Below, piece by piece: positions 8,748 to 18,653 of a stretch of DNA of 64,000 nucleotides. A program made the translations under genes and the position numbers. Within the stretch, counting starts at the first letter, position 1. The number at the start of each line of letters is the position of its first letter. The notes below the pieces were generated by a model, which was given only the letters and a program-made list of their open reading frames with translations, searched no databases and had not been told where the DNA came from. This stretch comes from a virus, in the IMG/VR virus record IMGVR_UViG_3300027797_000001, positions 32,001 through 96,000 of that record. One strand, given 5' to 3'.

Positions 8748-10457
8748 ATGAAACCTATAAATTTAGATAACAGTCCATGTAGTCCAATATCAAGTAATTG
8801 TGTGATTTGGCAAGGTCCAGATATTCCATGCATTAAACTTTGTAATGGTGACACAGTATCTGATGTAGTTTACAAGCTAGGAATGGAGCTTTGTAATATT
8901 ATGGATCTTTTGGATGTTAATGGTTATGACTTATCTTGTTTTGATTTAGCAAGTTGTAAGCCTCAAAATATTCAAGAGTTAATTCAATTTTTAATTGGAA
9001 GAATCTGTGATCTTGAAGCAGTGAATGCAGCAGAAGCTGCAATACCAACTACAACAGGAAGTGCAGCAAGATCTTCAGGTGCAGATACATTAGTTACTGT
9101 AGCATCTTGTTTTGTTGTAGGAACAACTACAGTAATGACTATTGCTGAGTATGCTCAAGCAATGGGAACTAGAATCTGTGGAATTATAGACCAGATTGCT
9201 ATCATAAATAATCAGATTAGTAATTTAAATACTAGAGTTACAGTTTTAGAAGGAGCCACTACTCCAGTATTTACAATGCCTTCAATTTCTGTTGACTGTA
9301 CTTTAAGTACCATTATTGTTTCTCCAGGAACATATACTATTACCGAAGTATTAGATGCATTAGTTAATGACAATACTTATGGTTATTGTGCTCTTACGTC
9401 AACTACAGGATTACCATCTGCTATTTTAGCAGCAGTGCAGTCACAATGTATAGTTGATACAGATACATCATTGGTATATGGAACTCCTTTCTCAATTGCT
9501 TATTTGGGACAGTGGGTGCCAATTGCATCTACAGATACTGTAGCAGATGCAATAAATAATATTTGGATAGCATTGTGTGATGTATATCAGTATGTAAGTT
9601 CACTTACATTTACTGGAAGCACAACATCTACAATTGCACTTTCTGTATCAACTGGTCCAGCTTATTCATTCTCTGCAAAAATTCTTGACACAGGTTGGGT
9701 AGATCTTAATGGATTTGGATATTATTCAGGAACTACAGGATCAACATTAGTACCACAAGCAAGAAGAATTGGTAATGTTGTATATTTTAGAGGACTATTA
9801 GTTGTTCCAATTGATGATGGAACAGGTTCTGTTTTAGGATGGAATTATAGCTTTGGACCTGCTGTAGATACGTATTATCTTTCTACTACTGTTACTCCAG
9901 CTTCTGTTGGAGCAGGATCAGTAGTTACATCAGCTGCTGGTTCAATTACATTTAACCAAGGTGTTTCAGTTATACCAACATCAATTATGGCTACTGGTGA
10001 ATTATTTGATAATGGATATTCAACTAATTTTTTAATTGGCGCAAGACCTGTAGAAATTGATGCTGCTCCAGTTACTAGTACAATTTTATCTGGATTATTT
10101 AATATTTCAATTTCTGAAAATAAACTATTAACAATTTCTCTTCCAAAAAATGCAGAACAAAATGCATTTTCAGGAACTGGAGCATTTGATACATCTCATT
10201 TAAATTACATTGTTTCTCATGTAATTGCAGGAGACAATGTACCTAAATTTGATAATGCTAATACTAATGTAAATAGTAATACTGGAGCTGGTACAATTGC
10301 ACTTGATTTAGAATATGATGCAACATTAGTATATCCTTTTACATGTAATGCAAATAATGAACAACAAGTAGCTGGATTTAGAATGCAACTTGACGGATTA
10401 GTTGCTTATATAGATCCTTGTACTACTGATATACCAACACCAATTGTTTGTCCTTAA
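8748..10457 (+). CDS. tail fibre / receptor-binding protein
   Basis: 569 aa. N-terminal CVIWQGPDIPC...GDTVSDV module, short coiled coil (INNQISNLNTRVTVLE), and the DTGWVDL...RRIGNVVYFRG fibre-tip motif. Confidence 0.65.
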   Translation: MKPINLDNSPCSPISSNCVIWQGPDIPCIKLCNGDTVSDVVYKLGMELCNIMDLLDVNGYDLSCFDLASCKPQNIQELIQFLIGRICDLEAVNAAEAAIPTTTGSAARSSGADTLVTVASCFVVGTTTVMTIAEYAQAMGTRICGIIDQIAIINNQISNLNTRVTVLEGATTPVFTMPSISVDCTLSTIIVSPGTYTITEVLDALVNDNTYGYCALTSTTGLPSAILAAVQSQCIVDTDTSLVYGTPFSIAYLGQWVPIASTDTVADAINNIWIALCDVYQYVSSLTFTGSTTSTIALSVSTGPAYSFSAKILDTGWVDLNGFGYYSGTTGSTLVPQARRIGNVVYFRGLLVVPIDDGTGSVLGWNYSFGPAVDTYYLSTTVTPASVGAGSVVTSAAGSITFNQGVSVIPTSIMATGELFDNGYSTNFLIGARPVEIDAAPVTSTILSGLFNISISENKLLTISLPKNAEQNAFSGTGAFDTSHLNYIVSHVIAGDNVPKFDNANTNVNSNTGAGTIALDLEYDATLVYPFTCNANNEQQVAGFRMQLDGLVAYIDPCTTDIPTPIVCP

Positions 10458-10468
10458 TAAATTAAACT

Positions 10469-10723
10469 ATGCCTACTAATACTTGTACAACTTGCGGATG
10501 TAGAAAATGTGGATGTTCAGATAATGCTCTGATATCTCCTGCACCATGTCCAACTCCAGAAGGTTGCCCAGACCCAATACTTTGTTCAGAAGTTTTTAAT
10601 GCAGAATGCGTGGTATATACTGGAGAACCAATTCTTTGTAATAATGATATTGTCGTTCCCACAGATACAAATATGGCAGAAGCTTTGCAATTAATTGTTG
10701 CATATTTCTGCCCAAACCTATGA
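10469..10723 (+). CDS. small Cys-rich protein paralogous to the fibre N-terminal module
   Basis: 84 aa. CSEVFNAECVVYTGEPILC...DTNMAEAL aligns by eye with CSPISSNCVIWQGPDIPC...GDTVSDVV of 8748..10457. Confidence 0.7.
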   Translation: MPTNTCTTCGCRKCGCSDNALISPAPCPTPEGCPDPILCSEVFNAECVVYTGEPILCNNDIVVPTDTNMAEALQLIVAYFCPNL

Positions 10724-10757
10724 AGTTGCAGTTTGTTGGTTTCTGTAACAACTGGTA

Positions 10758-10788
10758 GAACCCCTGCACTTGCGGGGGTTTTGCTTTT
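10758..10788 (+). terminator. rho-independent terminator
   Basis: GAACCCCTGC-actt-GCGGGGGTTT followed by TGCTTTT. Confidence 0.8.
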
Positions 10789-10797
10789 ATTCCTATA

Positions 10798-10832
10798 TTT
10801 GTTAAAGTCATTTATTTTTAGTATATTAAATA
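10798..10832 (+). promoter_or_regulatory. putative late promoter TTTG-N20-TATATT
   Basis: TTTG at 10798-10801 and TATATT at 10822-10827, directly after a terminator and before ATG 10840. Confidence 0.6.
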
Positions 10833-10839
10833 GTATAGC

Positions 10840-11421
10840 ATGAGGGATTTTAAAAAACCAAACTTAAATGCTTCAAGGTATAGACCTGAAGTTTATAGCG
10901 TAATGAACAAAGAGTTCTTTGACAGTTTTAAAAAAAAGTATCCAAAGTATAAAAATTTGGATAATAAAGACATAAGAAAGATAGTTAAATCCTTTAATGA
11001 ATTTTTATGTGAAAAAATAATTGACACTAGAGATGGTATACAATTACCAGAAGCAGTGGGTTGGTTATTTATTGGTACATGTCAAAGTCCTATTAAGGAA
11101 AATATTGACTATGCAAAATCAAATAAATATGGTGTTGCTGTATCAAATAAAAATTGGGAGACAGACGGCAAACTTGCTAAAATATTTTTTACAAATTATG
11201 CGTTAAAACACAAAATGAAGAATAGAGAATTTTGGAGTTTTACAGCTTGTAGAGAATTTAAAAGAAATGTTTCAAAAGCATATTCTGAAAATTGGAATAT
11301 GTATGTTGTAGTAAACCCAAATAAAAAATTAAAATTAGAGCATAAAAGAATATCTTTAAAAGAAAGTCTTATAAATAAAACTGCACAAGAACTAAAACAA
11401 TATAATGAATTTGAACTATGA
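10840..11421 (+). CDS. IHF/HU-like DNA-binding protein (crAss-like tail-module type)
   Basis: 193 aa, basic. IRKIVKSFNEFLCEKII...GIQLPEAVGWLFI...FTACREFKRNV follows the HU/IHF helix-strand pattern. IHF-like genes lie beside tail genes in crAss-like phages. Confidence 0.6.
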   Translation: MRDFKKPNLNASRYRPEVYSVMNKEFFDSFKKKYPKYKNLDNKDIRKIVKSFNEFLCEKIIDTRDGIQLPEAVGWLFIGTCQSPIKENIDYAKSNKYGVAVSNKNWETDGKLAKIFFTNYALKHKMKNREFWSFTACREFKRNVSKAYSENWNMYVVVNPNKKLKLEHKRISLKESLINKTAQELKQYNEFEL

Positions 11422-12083
11422 CAAGCATTGGTGAAGCTATATCAAGAGTTAGAAATACTTTAAAAGCAGTTAAGGAAGATCCATTCTTAACTGATAGAGT
11501 AATCTATAGTTCATTAATTAAATATGGCCAGACTCTTTTAAAGAGAGAGGATAACCAGTTTAGATTAATGAAGATAAGCTCTATCTTTCAGGTATTGCCT
11601 TACATTGAACTTATAGATGTAGATAAAGTAGAAGCTGGTTGTGTAGGCGTTTATTCTGGATGTTACTTTAAAAGATCTAAAGACAAACTTCCAACAATCC
11701 TTGAAGGAGCAATGGGTCCTATTATACGTACTACATCTTCAATAGATGGTACAATAGAAATGTTTAGAACAGATCCTGGTACTTGGGTATCCATGGTTAG
11801 AACAACAACTTTTAAATATAATACAAGAAAATATTTCTGGTACCTTAATGGATACTTATATGCACCAAACATTGATTGGGAAGCTGTAAGAATGGAAGCT
11901 ATATTTCAAGGAGTTACAGATCCATGTGATCCAAAACAAGAATGTGAAATAGCCCAAGATAAACCATTAACTATTCCAGAATATTTATTTTCTGAAGTAG
12001 AGCAATTTGTAATCAAAGAACTATCTATGTCTATGCAAATTCCAACGGATGGACAAGATGATGGTCAAAACTCACTTAGATAA
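11418..12083 (+). CDS. tail ring protein
   Basis: 221 aa, ATGA overlap. Motifs YFWYLNGYLY and IPEYLFSEVEQFV; position between the IHF-like and tubular genes. Confidence 0.55.
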   Translation: MTSIGEAISRVRNTLKAVKEDPFLTDRVIYSSLIKYGQTLLKREDNQFRLMKISSIFQVLPYIELIDVDKVEAGCVGVYSGCYFKRSKDKLPTILEGAMGPIIRTTSSIDGTIEMFRTDPGTWVSMVRTTTFKYNTRKYFWYLNGYLYAPNIDWEAVRMEAIFQGVTDPCDPKQECEIAQDKPLTIPEYLFSEVEQFVIKELSMSMQIPTDGQDDGQNSLR

Positions 12084-13141
12084 TGGATTTTAATTATACT
12101 CTTAAATACAGAACATTTGATCAATTGTTAGAAGATGTAACAGTTGACTTAAGTACTTTTGCTCTAGAAAACATGATAGAGCCTCAACAACTTATTAAAG
12201 TTGCTAAAAGAGTTAATTATGATTTGGGCTTAAGATTGAATCAGCAAAAAGAAATTATATTAGAAGTATGTCATGGAAGAGTAAAGCTTCCTGATGATTT
12301 TTATACATTTAATTTTGCATTCATCTGTGGAAACTTTGTACAGCAACTTGGTTATGGAGCACACGCTTCAGGAACTCATATTGTAGAAGTACCTTATCAA
12401 GAAGTACCAGCTAATGTAGATATATGCGCTCCGCCAACTGTAAACTGTAGAACATGTAATTCTAATCCATGTAATCAAACTGCAGGGTGTGATCTTAATT
12501 TCCCCATAGTAGATCCAATACCTACAGAGTATGATCCATTAAATCCTTATGGTAATACATGTATTGCTCCAAGAGTATTTATGAACTGTAAAGGTGAGAA
12601 GTGGGAACTTGTTCAAGTTTTAAATAACTCAGGTGCAACAAGAGTTTATACTGAACTTATTCCATTAAGAATGAAAGCCAGTCAAGAAATAGAATGTGAC
12701 TGTCCAAATCTTTATTGGAATACTGCAAACCAAGGATGGATTAAAGGAGGATTTTTATTTACAACATTTGAAACTGGAAAAGTATATTTAAACTATCAGG
12801 GACAATTGGAAGATGATAATGGAAACCTATTAGTTCCAGATCATGATCTTTTAAATGACTATTATGAATATGCATTTAAATCAAGAATTTTTGAAAACCT
12901 ATATCTTAATGGAGAGGATGTAGCACAAAGAATGCAGCTTATAGAACAAAGACTTAAGACAGCAAGAAATAATGCATTGAGCCTTGTAAACACTCCAAAC
13001 TTTAGAGAGCTTGAAGATATGTGGTGGACAAATAGAAAAGCCATGTATGGTAAATACTATTCTATGTTCCAAAGTCATTCACCTAATCAAGCATATCTTA
13101 GAAATAGAAATTATACTGGAAGCGCAAATAGAATAGTATAA
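12083..13141 (+). CDS. tail tubular/adaptor ring protein (P22 gp4-like of crAss-like phages) with Cys-rich insert
   Basis: 352 aa; GRVKLPDDFY and GKVYLNYQG..DDNGNLLVPD motifs; immediately precedes the muzzle gene. Confidence 0.6.
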   Translation: MDFNYTLKYRTFDQLLEDVTVDLSTFALENMIEPQQLIKVAKRVNYDLGLRLNQQKEIILEVCHGRVKLPDDFYTFNFAFICGNFVQQLGYGAHASGTHIVEVPYQEVPANVDICAPPTVNCRTCNSNPCNQTAGCDLNFPIVDPIPTEYDPLNPYGNTCIAPRVFMNCKGEKWELVQVLNNSGATRVYTELIPLRMKASQEIECDCPNLYWNTANQGWIKGGFLFTTFETGKVYLNYQGQLEDDNGNLLVPDHDLLNDYYEYAFKSRIFENLYLNGEDVAQRMQLIEQRLKTARNNALSLVNTPNFRELEDMWWTNRKAMYGKYYSMFQSHSPNQAYLRNRNYTGSANRIV

Positions 13142-13142
13142 C

Positions 13143-16100
13143 ATGGCAAAGCAAAGTGGTGAAAATAGTGCACAGTTAATTAGTAATAGTTTTACTAAAG
13201 GTCTCAACAAAGATTCAGATCCAACATATATCTCAGAAGGTATGTGGACGCATGCAAGAAATGCGTCTAATAATACTTGGGAGGGAGATGTTGGTACAAT
13301 ATCAAATGAGTCCTCAAATTATTTATGTGCTACAGCAGGTGCAACTATGCCATCTTCTGGACAATATCTTGCACCAAATAAATATATAATAGGTGCTATT
13401 CAATTATATAGTGATAGATGGATAATCTATACCGCAGCACATAATCAAATTGGTGTTCCTATTTTATCTGAGATAGGTTTATTAATTGAAGATAGATGTA
13501 TCTATATGCCTATTGTTCAAGATACATGTTTAGGTTTTGATAAAAGATATTTGATTACAGGATCTGCTAGAGAAAAAGAAGATTGTACATGGCAAGTATA
13601 TTGGGCAGATGGTTTAAATCCAGATAGATTTTTAAATATTGGAGATCCACAGACTTGGCCAGATCCATCTGTTTATACAACCTTTGGACAATATGGTACA
13701 GTTAATCAAAATACTTATTTGTCTGCAACCGGAAATACTTTACAATGGCCTGGTGTAACTTGGACTCAAATATGTTGTGCAAGTACAACCTGTTGTCAAA
13801 CTGCACCTGGAGTTTGGCCTACTAATATTCCAAACTGTCCACCAGATAATGCATGTATTACTTGTACAGATACTAAAGATCTTGACTGTAATGCATTAAG
13901 ACTTGCAAGATTAATGGAGACACCATGTCTTAATTTAGAACTTGGTGTATCAGGTGGAACATTATTAAATGGAACTTATTTTGCAGTTATAGCCTATAGC
14001 ATTAAAGGACAAAGAGTAACTGATTATTTTTCACCAAGTAATACTCAACCTATTTGGTATCCATCAGATAGTCAAGGATCTCTTACACTTAATCTAGAAG
14101 TTGATAGTGATAATTTTGATGAGTTTATTTTAGTAATGGTTCAAAATGTAAATCAAGGAACTGTTGCTAAACAAATTGGAATTTACTCTACTAGAACTAC
14201 TAGAATTGAATTAGATAGAATTAAGGAAGATTTAATAACTGTTCCTATTGAACAATTACCAATTCTTAATCCGGTATATGAAACATCTGATCAAATAACA
14301 GAAGCAAATAATTATCTATTAAGAATAGGACCAAGATCTAAATTTGATTTTAACTATCAACCACTAGCTAATTTAATTAGAGCTAAATGGGTTTCAGTAG
14401 AATATCCTGCAGACTATTATATAAAGGGAGGAAATAAAGGAAGTTATTATAGAGATGAAGTTTATGCTTTCTTTATCAGATGGGTATACGATACAGGAGA
14501 CAAATCTTCTTCTTATCACATACCAGGAAGACCTCCTGGAAATTATATTTATCAACCACCAAATGGTGGACCTTTACAGATTATTCCTGAAACTACAGAT
14601 GGTATAAATGATATAAATACACTTGATGATTCAGATAGAATTTTTGAGATGTATAATACAGCAACAGTACAACCTATTCCTGCAACATTAAATACTACTA
14701 TTAATGATGGTGGAGTTGTAATAGGTTATGGTGATATGGGATATTGGGAATCAACAGAAAGATATCCAGATGATAAACCTGAGATATGGAATTCAAGTTC
14801 ACATTGTTGGACGGGTCCATTAGGTAATTCACCTATTATTGTTAATGGATCTCAATGGTATCCAAATGACTTATGTGCTCAACAAATTAGACATCATAAA
14901 TTTCCAGACAATAGTTTAGTTGATAGTAATGGTAACCCAGTTGGTTTACATTATAGGCCAAATCCTGGTATTAATACTCAAGAACTTAAGATAAGAATAA
15001 TGGGGGTAACCTTTGAAGACATTATTCTTCCTGTAGATAATGATGGTAATTTAATTCCAAATATTGTAGGGTTTGAAATATTAAGGGGGTCAAGAGAAGG
15101 TAGTAGAACAATACTTGCAAAAGGTATGATTAATAACTTTAGAAGTTATGCATTACCTGAATATCCTCTTGGTCTTTCTGGAACATCAATACAACAAGGT
15201 CTTTATGCGAATTACCCTTTTAATACAATAACACCAGTACAAGCAGTTAATATTCCTGGAGGACCATATTCAGATCCATACGTTAAATCTAATTTGTTTC
15301 AACAAGTTCCACAGGATATAGTAAGTATACATTCACCTGACTTAATGTTTTCAACCCCATATCTTTCAGCAACAGAATTAAAGATATATGGTGAGTTAAG
15401 AGGAAATTCACAGCAGTTTTTTAAGTATCCTGATAATCATCCTAGGCACAAGTTGCTTAGTGATGTTGTTCCTATTACGGCATTTGTTGCTGGAGTAGCA
15501 GAAGCTATAATTGCAATGATTGGTAAGAGAACAACTAATCAACCAGAAATATCTTCATATGCTACAAACTACAGTGGTTCTGTTTTTACTGTACCAGGTG
15601 CTTCAACTCTTGTAACAGCTCCTCTTCAAACAACAGCTTTAACAGCAATAGGTACAGCAGTAACAGGTTGGAATGGTTTTATAAGTAGTTATTATACTGG
15701 TACCGCAATACTAGATGCACTAGCACCATTACTAAGTTTACCAACAACATATGAAACAACATTAAATGCATTTCTTACAACTGTAAATACTGCAGCAAAT
15801 AGTGCTAGAATTCCAAAATTAACAATAGCAGGAAGTATTGAATTACCTCCACATGCGTACTTACCAGTTGGTTTAAGATCTCTTGGTGCATTAAATGTTT
15901 TTTCTTACTATTGGTCAGAAGGTGCAAATGTTGCAATTGATGCTGTATACACATTTGTTAAATATGAACAATATGCATTACAATCAATTGCACATGGGTT
16001 TTATCCTAAGTGGGGACAAGCAAGAATTAATGAAGCAAAAAGATTTAAAATAGATGACTCATTTTATATTAGAGATAATATACAACAAATGAGTGCTTAT

Positions 16101-18653
16101 CAAAATAATACTACAGGTATTTACAAAAGATACACAATTAATAATTTACAAAGAGGAGATACTGCAGTCATAAGAACTTTATCTGGTCCATATTTTAATC
16201 CGGCAAATCCAAATGGTACAAGTACAGGACCATATTTTATTACGGGTGCTAATAGAGATGTTTCACTAGTAACAATGTCTGGTTTAAATGGAAACACAAG
16301 TATTAATAATAACGTTACAATTAACACTTTAAATAATCAAACTCCAAATTGGACAGATGTTGACCAACCATTTAGTTTACCAATTGCCAGTCATTATGCA
16401 GCATTAAAGTATAGAATAAGAAATCAATATGGACAATTAGAAAGTATTAAACAAATTCAAATTACTCCATGTGAGCAAAAACTTTCAGATTATTCTATTG
16501 TGACAGCAGGTAATGTTTTTTGTCCAGGTAATCAAAGTGTTCTTACTGGAATTGCAAGAACTAATATTTTCTTTGGCGGGGATGTATTTATAAATAGATA
16601 CACAGAAAAGAATACTATGTTATTCTTTTATAATTGGTTATATGGTCAACCAGATGGTTTTGAGTTTAATTATTATTTATACTCAATGATTCCAAAATCT
16701 AGATTCTGGGCTAATACTCTCGAGTATGAAGCTCAAAATATGGCAATCTCAAACTGGAATGCATCAATCACTAGTGTTACAGGGGTATTCCCTACTGCAT
16801 TTTATAAATTAGATAATACTAATTATAATTTTAATAATGATTCAGTATCTAATTATCCAGGTTTTTGGAGAGCAAAAGAATCTTATTTTTATTTAGCTAA
16901 TTCTGGAGTAAGAGATTTCTTTGTAGAAAGTGAAGTACTTGTAGATTTTAGAATTTCTGGAGACCTTGAATTTGAAAAACATTATGACCCATACAGATAT
17001 ACAGATTTATACTCTATGTTTAATATGGACCCTCAAGTTATTACAAGAGGTAACATATGGAGATATGATTATTCTTTTAGCATAACTAAATTATACAATC
17101 AATATTTTTCATCAGGTAATTTACAAAGTAGATACTATGATCCATTTGTTGCTCAGTTATGTTATACATATCTTCCAGATAGAATTATATATTCATTACC
17201 GCAGCAAGAAGCAGCATTTAAAGATAGTTGGTTTATATACTTAGTGAATAACTATAAGGATTTTATATCTCAAGTTTCTGGAGTTAAGTCAATTAATAAG
17301 AGTGGTATATTCATTACATTTAAAAATGATAGTCCAACAATGTACCAGGGTGTTGATACATTACAAACAGATTTAGGTACTAAGATTACTATAGGTGACG
17401 GAGGTTTGTTTAGTCAACCTGGACAGTTTGCATCTAATGCAGATAAGCCATATGAGTATGGATCTTCACAAGATAAGTTTTCAATTATAGGTACACCTGC
17501 AGGTATTTATTATATCTCACAAAATCAAGGTAAGATATTTTTATATTCTGGAAATTTAAAAGAGATTTCTCAAGCAGGTATGAAGTGGTGGTTTAATTAC
17601 TTTTTACCTTATAAACTTACAGAAGATTTTCCTGACTATCCTTGGCAAGATAATCCTGTAGCAGGTATCGGGTGCCAATCTACATATGATAACCAAAACT
17701 CTATAGTATATTTTTCTAAAAAAGATTATCAATTAAAACCTGAGTTTAAAGATAAAGTAAACTATATTCCTTTGATAACTTATGGTAAACGAAAAGGACA
17801 AGGTGACTACTTTACTCATGTTGATTATCCAGGATCTCATTTTTTATTGGGTGATGAAACTTTATTTTTACCAGCATCTTGGACTATTAGTTTTGACCCT
17901 AAGAATCAGTTCTTTATTTCATTCCATGATTGGCATCCTGATTTAGCAATACCTACTAAGAAAACATTCTTAACAACTAAGTTTGCTGGAATGTGGAAGC
18001 ATAATGATTTATGTGATAACTTCTGTAATTACTATGGATCTAATTACCCATTTGAAATTGAGTTGCCTGTAAATACTGGTCAAACAGTAACAACTTTAAA
18101 ATCAATTGAGTATATGCTTGAATCATATAGAAGAAAGAATAATTGTTATGATCAATTCCATGTATTAGACTTTAACTTTGATAGAGCTATTATATTTAAT
18201 TCAGAACAAGTTTCCGGATATTTAAATTTAAACTTATTTCCTAAAAACAATATTACATTAAGTTTGGACTACCCAAACCTAAATGCAAACAATAATTCAT
18301 TTGATGTATTATTTTCAAAAGAAGAAAATAAATATAGAATAAATCAATTCTGGGATATTACAAAAGATAGAGGTGAATTCCCTATAGGATCAAATTATCC
18401 TCCTACTGGACCAGTAATTCCAGGAAGTACAATTTTATTAGGTAACTATGATCAAGAAGCTATTTGGAGTACTGAGCCAAACGGATATATTAAAACACTA
18501 AATCCTATTAATCTTAATTACGCTAAACCTGAAATGCAAAGAAAAAAGTTTAGACATTACTTAAACTTTATTACATTTATTAAAGATATCTCAGGTGACA
18601 CAAATATGTTATTGAAAATAACTAATACTAAAAATCAAATTTCTCCAAGATAA
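13143..18653 (+). CDS. tail stabilization / muzzle protein (P22 gp10-like)
   Basis: 1836 aa, beta-rich. NSFTKGLNKD...WTHARN N-terminus, SYYRDEVYAFFIRW, IRHHKFPD, FGGDVFINRY and WTISFDP...SFHDWHP resemble crAss-like stabilization proteins. Confidence 0.75.
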   Translation: MAKQSGENSAQLISNSFTKGLNKDSDPTYISEGMWTHARNASNNTWEGDVGTISNESSNYLCATAGATMPSSGQYLAPNKYIIGAIQLYSDRWIIYTAAHNQIGVPILSEIGLLIEDRCIYMPIVQDTCLGFDKRYLITGSAREKEDCTWQVYWADGLNPDRFLNIGDPQTWPDPSVYTTFGQYGTVNQNTYLSATGNTLQWPGVTWTQICCASTTCCQTAPGVWPTNIPNCPPDNACITCTDTKDLDCNALRLARLMETPCLNLELGVSGGTLLNGTYFAVIAYSIKGQRVTDYFSPSNTQPIWYPSDSQGSLTLNLEVDSDNFDEFILVMVQNVNQGTVAKQIGIYSTRTTRIELDRIKEDLITVPIEQLPILNPVYETSDQITEANNYLLRIGPRSKFDFNYQPLANLIRAKWVSVEYPADYYIKGGNKGSYYRDEVYAFFIRWVYDTGDKSSSYHIPGRPPGNYIYQPPNGGPLQIIPETTDGINDINTLDDSDRIFEMYNTATVQPIPATLNTTINDGGVVIGYGDMGYWESTERYPDDKPEIWNSSSHCWTGPLGNSPIIVNGSQWYPNDLCAQQIRHHKFPDNSLVDSNGNPVGLHYRPNPGINTQELKIRIMGVTFEDIILPVDNDGNLIPNIVGFEILRGSREGSRTILAKGMINNFRSYALPEYPLGLSGTSIQQGLYANYPFNTITPVQAVNIPGGPYSDPYVKSNLFQQVPQDIVSIHSPDLMFSTPYLSATELKIYGELRGNSQQFFKYPDNHPRHKLLSDVVPITAFVAGVAEAIIAMIGKRTTNQPEISSYATNYSGSVFTVPGASTLVTAPLQTTALTAIGTAVTGWNGFISSYYTGTAILDALAPLLSLPTTYETTLNAFLTTVNTAANSARIPKLTIAGSIELPPHAYLPVGLRSLGALNVFSYYWSEGANVAIDAVYTFVKYEQYALQSIAHGFYPKWGQARINEAKRFKIDDSFYIRDNIQQMSAYQNNTTGIYKRYTINNLQRGDTAVIRTLSGPYFNPANPNGTSTGPYFITGANRDVSLVTMSGLNGNTSINNNVTINTLNNQTPNWTDVDQPFSLPIASHYAALKYRIRNQYGQLESIKQIQITPCEQKLSDYSIVTAGNVFCPGNQSVLTGIARTNIFFGGDVFINRYTEKNTMLFFYNWLYGQPDGFEFNYYLYSMIPKSRFWANTLEYEAQNMAISNWNASITSVTGVFPTAFYKLDNTNYNFNNDSVSNYPGFWRAKESYFYLANSGVRDFFVESEVLVDFRISGDLEFEKHYDPYRYTDLYSMFNMDPQVITRGNIWRYDYSFSITKLYNQYFSSGNLQSRYYDPFVAQLCYTYLPDRIIYSLPQQEAAFKDSWFIYLVNNYKDFISQVSGVKSINKSGIFITFKNDSPTMYQGVDTLQTDLGTKITIGDGGLFSQPGQFASNADKPYEYGSSQDKFSIIGTPAGIYYISQNQGKIFLYSGNLKEISQAGMKWWFNYFLPYKLTEDFPDYPWQDNPVAGIGCQSTYDNQNSIVYFSKKDYQLKPEFKDKVNYIPLITYGKRKGQGDYFTHVDYPGSHFLLGDETLFLPASWTISFDPKNQFFISFHDWHPDLAIPTKKTFLTTKFAGMWKHNDLCDNFCNYYGSNYPFEIELPVNTGQTVTTLKSIEYMLESYRRKNNCYDQFHVLDFNFDRAIIFNSEQVSGYLNLNLFPKNNITLSLDYPNLNANNNSFDVLFSKEENKYRINQFWDITKDRGEFPIGSNYPPTGPVIPGSTILLGNYDQEAIWSTEPNGYIKTLNPINLNYAKPEMQRKKFRHYLNFITFIKDISGDTNMLLKITNTKNQISPR

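Noticed and set aside
10726-10749. Small hairpin GTTGCAG...CTGTAAC before the terminator as an ncRNA
   Set aside because: Too short and weak to support a call, and no second copy was seen.
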